Source: an uncultured Duncaniella sp.
Lineage (GTDB): Bacteria; Bacteroidota; Bacteroidia; Bacteroidales; Muribaculaceae
Reading direction: 5' to 3'
Assembly (NCBI RefSeq): GCF_910577345.1
Contig: NZ_CAJTMT010000004.1
Span: forward strand, 75,314-139,313
Length of the DNA: 64,000 bases
The notes under the pieces are model-generated. The model did not search any database and was not told the DNA's origin. It saw only the letters and a program-made list of their open reading frames with translations. Below, piece after piece: positions 61,500 through 64,000 of the stretch. Each line of letters starts with the position of its first letter. Position 1 is the stretch's first letter. Made by a program: the position numbers and the translations under genes.

Positions 61500-61886
61500 A
61501 TGAGACCAGGACGTAAACCTCAGTTGCTTACAGAAAAAGAATTGGTAATCATGCAGATGCTTTGGGAGCGCGGTCCGCTCTTCGTGCGTGAGATGGTCAA
61601 TATCCATGAGGAACCGAAGCCTCACTTCAACACCCTCTCCACAATCGTTCGCATCCTTGAAGAGAAAGGACATGTGGCTCATGAAGTGTTCGGTCCCACC
61701 TACCGTTACTATGCCGTCGCAAAGAAGGAAGACTTCCAGAAGCGTTCGGTGGCCCGTCTCGTGAAGGACTACTTCAACAATTCCTACAAGAACGCAGTTT
61801 CAGCTCTCGTTGAGCAGGAGCAGATGTCGGACGACGAGCTCCGCGAGATTATGGATCTTATCGAGCGCAAGAACGCCAAGAAATAA
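61500..61886 (+). CDS. BlaI/MecI/CopY family transcriptional regulator
   Basis: LTEKELVIMQMLW, NTLSTIVRILEEKG, YFNNS...VSAL, ELREI. Confidence 0.92.
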   Translation: MRPGRKPQLLTEKELVIMQMLWERGPLFVREMVNIHEEPKPHFNTLSTIVRILEEKGHVAHEVFGPTYRYYAVAKKEDFQKRSVARLVKDYFNNSYKNAVSALVEQEQMSDDELREIMDLIERKNAKK

Positions 61887-61943
61887 TCCGCTCTTCCCCC
61901 CGGATATATCCACATTCATTCCTCACCTTTTAAATTCATCTCC

Positions 61944-64000
61944 ATGGGCTCAGTGCTGTCATACTCTCTCTACAGTTCCATTCTCCTCGCCTTGCTTTAT
62001 CTCACATATAAGTGGATGATGGCAGGGGAGAACCAACACCGTTATAACCGTGCTGCGCTCTGGATAATCTATGCTGTGGCCTTGTTTGCTCTTCCCGTCG
62101 GCAACCGGCTCAGCGGCCTGACGGCTTCGGTTCCCGTCCCGATGCCTTTGGCCGAGATTGACATGGCCGATTTGATGGCCGGGATGGATGAGGTGGTGAT
62201 TGCCGAAGTCCCGCATCAGCCGATATGGCTCACGATACTTCTGTGGGTCTATCTTGGAGGTGTGGTCTTCACAATCGGTCAGACTCTTTGGGTCGGAATG
62301 CGCCTCCGCAGGATAATCACACGCGGTGAGGAGGTCGGACGATATGGCAACAAGGTCGTGATTGTGACCGACGATGAAGGGATTGCTCCCTTCAGTTGGT
62401 GCAGATATGTGGTGATGAACCGCGCGGACTGGAATGAGAATGGCGACATGATTCTCGTCCATGAACTCCAGCATCTGGGTCTGCGCCATTGGATCGATCT
62501 TCTTGTCGCACAGTTTGTGGGTATATTCCAGTGGTATAATCCCGCTGCATGGCTCATGCGCGAGGAGTTGAAGACCGTCCACGAATATCAGGCGGACAGC
62601 GCTGTGCTTGCCTCAGGCGTCTGTGCGCGTGACTATCAGATGTTATTAATTAAAAAGGCTGTCGGCGCGAGATTCCCGTCACTTGCCAACAGCCTGAATC
62701 ACAGTAAACTTAAGAAGCGAATTACTATGATGTACAATCAAAAATCTCCGGCCTCCCGCCGTCTGCGCGGTCTGGCCCTCGTGCCCGCACTCGGCGTGGC
62801 GCTTGCAGTAGCTAATCTTGATGCCGTTGCGTCGGTTCTCGCCGACACTTCGGATGCGACCATGATTGAAACTCCGGTTGAAACTCTTCCCGATGTTCCG
62901 GTCGAATCTCCCCAACTCGAGGAAATCGTGGTTGTCAGCTACAAAAGTAATGAAAATTCTTCTGATTCGCAAACCGCATCGCCTGCGGCTGAGAGCCGGG
63001 AGTCAATGAAGCCCGTGACAGGCTCTGCGGATGCTCTTCTTGCTGATGGCGGTCAAGTCTACAAGAAGGTTGAGAAGATGCCGCAGTATCCCGGCGGTGA
63101 GGTTGAGCTTATGAAATATGTGGCTACCAACATCCGCTATCCCGAGGCGGCTGCCAAGGCACAGACCCAGGGTAGGGTGATAGCCCAGTTCGTTGTCCAG
63201 AAGGACGGCAGCATCGGTGATGTCAATGTCATCCGTTCGGTAAGTCCCGAATGTGATGCCGAGGCGGAGAGGGTGATAAAGAGCCTTCCGAAATTCACCC
63301 CCGGCACTGTCGGTGGAAAGCCTGTCGCTGTCTGGTATACAATCCCCATTACTTTCCGTCTCACTTCCGGCAGTAGCAAGACTGCTGAGGTCACCTCTTC
63401 CGCAGCACCCTCCGCTCCGTCTGCTGTCAACGATGCCACTGCGCAGTCAGGTGACCAGGTGTTCTCGGTTGTCGAGGTGAAACCTCAGTTCCCCGGTGGA
63501 GAAGCTGCCTTGCTTAAATATGTCGGTGAGCATCTCAATTATCCTAAGGAAGCCTACGAGAAAGGGACTCAGGGTCGTGTGGTCGTGCAGTTCGTTGTTA
63601 AGAGCGACGGAGCCATCGGTCAGGTCAAGGTGATTCGCTCTGTCGACCCGCTTCTTGATGCGGAAGCCAAGAGAGTGATCTCCTCTTTGCCGAAATTCAC
63701 CCCGGGTATGCTCGGCGGTAAACCTGTTTCTGTCTGGTACACCCTCCCTGTCACTTTCAGGATTAAAGGAAACAAGGATGAGGAGCAGAAGGCTGCTCCT
63801 GTTGAGAAACCTGCCACGCAGGCTCCTCTCGCTCTCAACGGCAAGGCAAAGAGCGTCATCCAACTCAAGACTGATGACTCAGCCAAAGCCAAAGATGTTG
63901 ATGTCAAGTCTATGGCGATTTATCTCAACGACCGTAATGTCACCTCCGGGGGTGAGGCTTTTCTCGAACAGATAGATCCCAGCCGGATTGACTCGATTTC
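61944..64000 (+). CDS. BlaR1/M56 metallopeptidase fused to two TonB C-terminal domains (runs off the window; absent from the ORF track)
   Basis: Open frame from ATG 61944 (MGSVLSYSLYSSILL). HELQH at 62460, QWYNPAAW, HEYQAD, LKKRITMM. TonB_C repeats start at 63057 (MPQYPGG) and 63459 (KPQFPGG). Confidence 0.9.
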   Translation, partial: MGSVLSYSLYSSILLALLYLTYKWMMAGENQHRYNRAALWIIYAVALFALPVGNRLSGLTASVPVPMPLAEIDMADLMAGMDEVVIAEVPHQPIWLTILLWVYLGGVVFTIGQTLWVGMRLRRIITRGEEVGRYGNKVVIVTDDEGIAPFSWCRYVVMNRADWNENGDMILVHELQHLGLRHWIDLLVAQFVGIFQWYNPAAWLMREELKTVHEYQADSAVLASGVCARDYQMLLIKKAVGARFPSLANSLNHSKLKKRITMMYNQKSPASRRLRGLALVPALGVALAVANLDAVASVLADTSDATMIETPVETLPDVPVESPQLEEIVVVSYKSNENSSDSQTASPAAESRESMKPVTGSADALLADGGQVYKKVEKMPQYPGGEVELMKYVATNIRYPEAAAKAQTQGRVIAQFVVQKDGSIGDVNVIRSVSPECDAEAERVIKSLPKFTPGTVGGKPVAVWYTIPITFRLTSGSSKTAEVTSSAAPSAPSAVNDATAQSGDQVFSVVEVKPQFPGGEAALLKYVGEHLNYPKEAYEKGTQGRVVVQFVVKSDGAIGQVKVIRSVDPLLDAEAKRVISSLPKFTPGMLGGKPVSVWYTLPVTFRIKGNKDEEQKAAPVEKPATQAPLALNGKAKSVIQLKTDDSAKAKDVDVKSMAIYLNDRNVTSGGEAFLEQIDPSRIDSI

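Overview
Chromosomal window from a Bacteroidales bacterium, probably Muribaculaceae-like. This is inferred from TTTG-N19-21-TAnnTTTG promoters, A-rich starts lacking Shine-Dalgarno sites, and the rpsL-rpsG-fusA-rpsJ...secY-map-infA-rpmJ...rplQ order. Left part: a tRNA(CAT), an ECF sigma/anti-sigma/outer-membrane barrel trio, and housekeeping genes (yeiH-like, lpxB, DbpA-like helicase, nitroreductase, K+/H+ antiporter, aquaporin, C69 dipeptidase, UvrD/PcrA, nspC, GT2, radC, cysK, ansA, metG). Centre: the complete str/S10/spc/alpha ribosomal superoperon (28.5-47.4 kb). Right part: sugar MFS, tkt, msrAB, a compositionally mosaic surface-protein locus, and BlaI plus a truncated M56-TonB gene. No integrase, transposase, reverse transcriptase or CRISPR is visible. 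The most striking unexplained signal is non-coding: many spacers directly after stop codons hold locally built direct or inverted repeats. These include three silent in-frame copies of a gene's last 19 codons, a 70-bp loopless palindrome centred beside a stop codon, a dispersed 9-bp-period AATARG family arranged as inverted arms around terminators, a second AGTATAGAG family, and a 214-bp inverted-repeat cassette. There are also candidate structured RNAs in the ribosomal operon and an orphan promoter-terminator unit after tkt. Product calls come from motif recognition by eye; no database searches were run.
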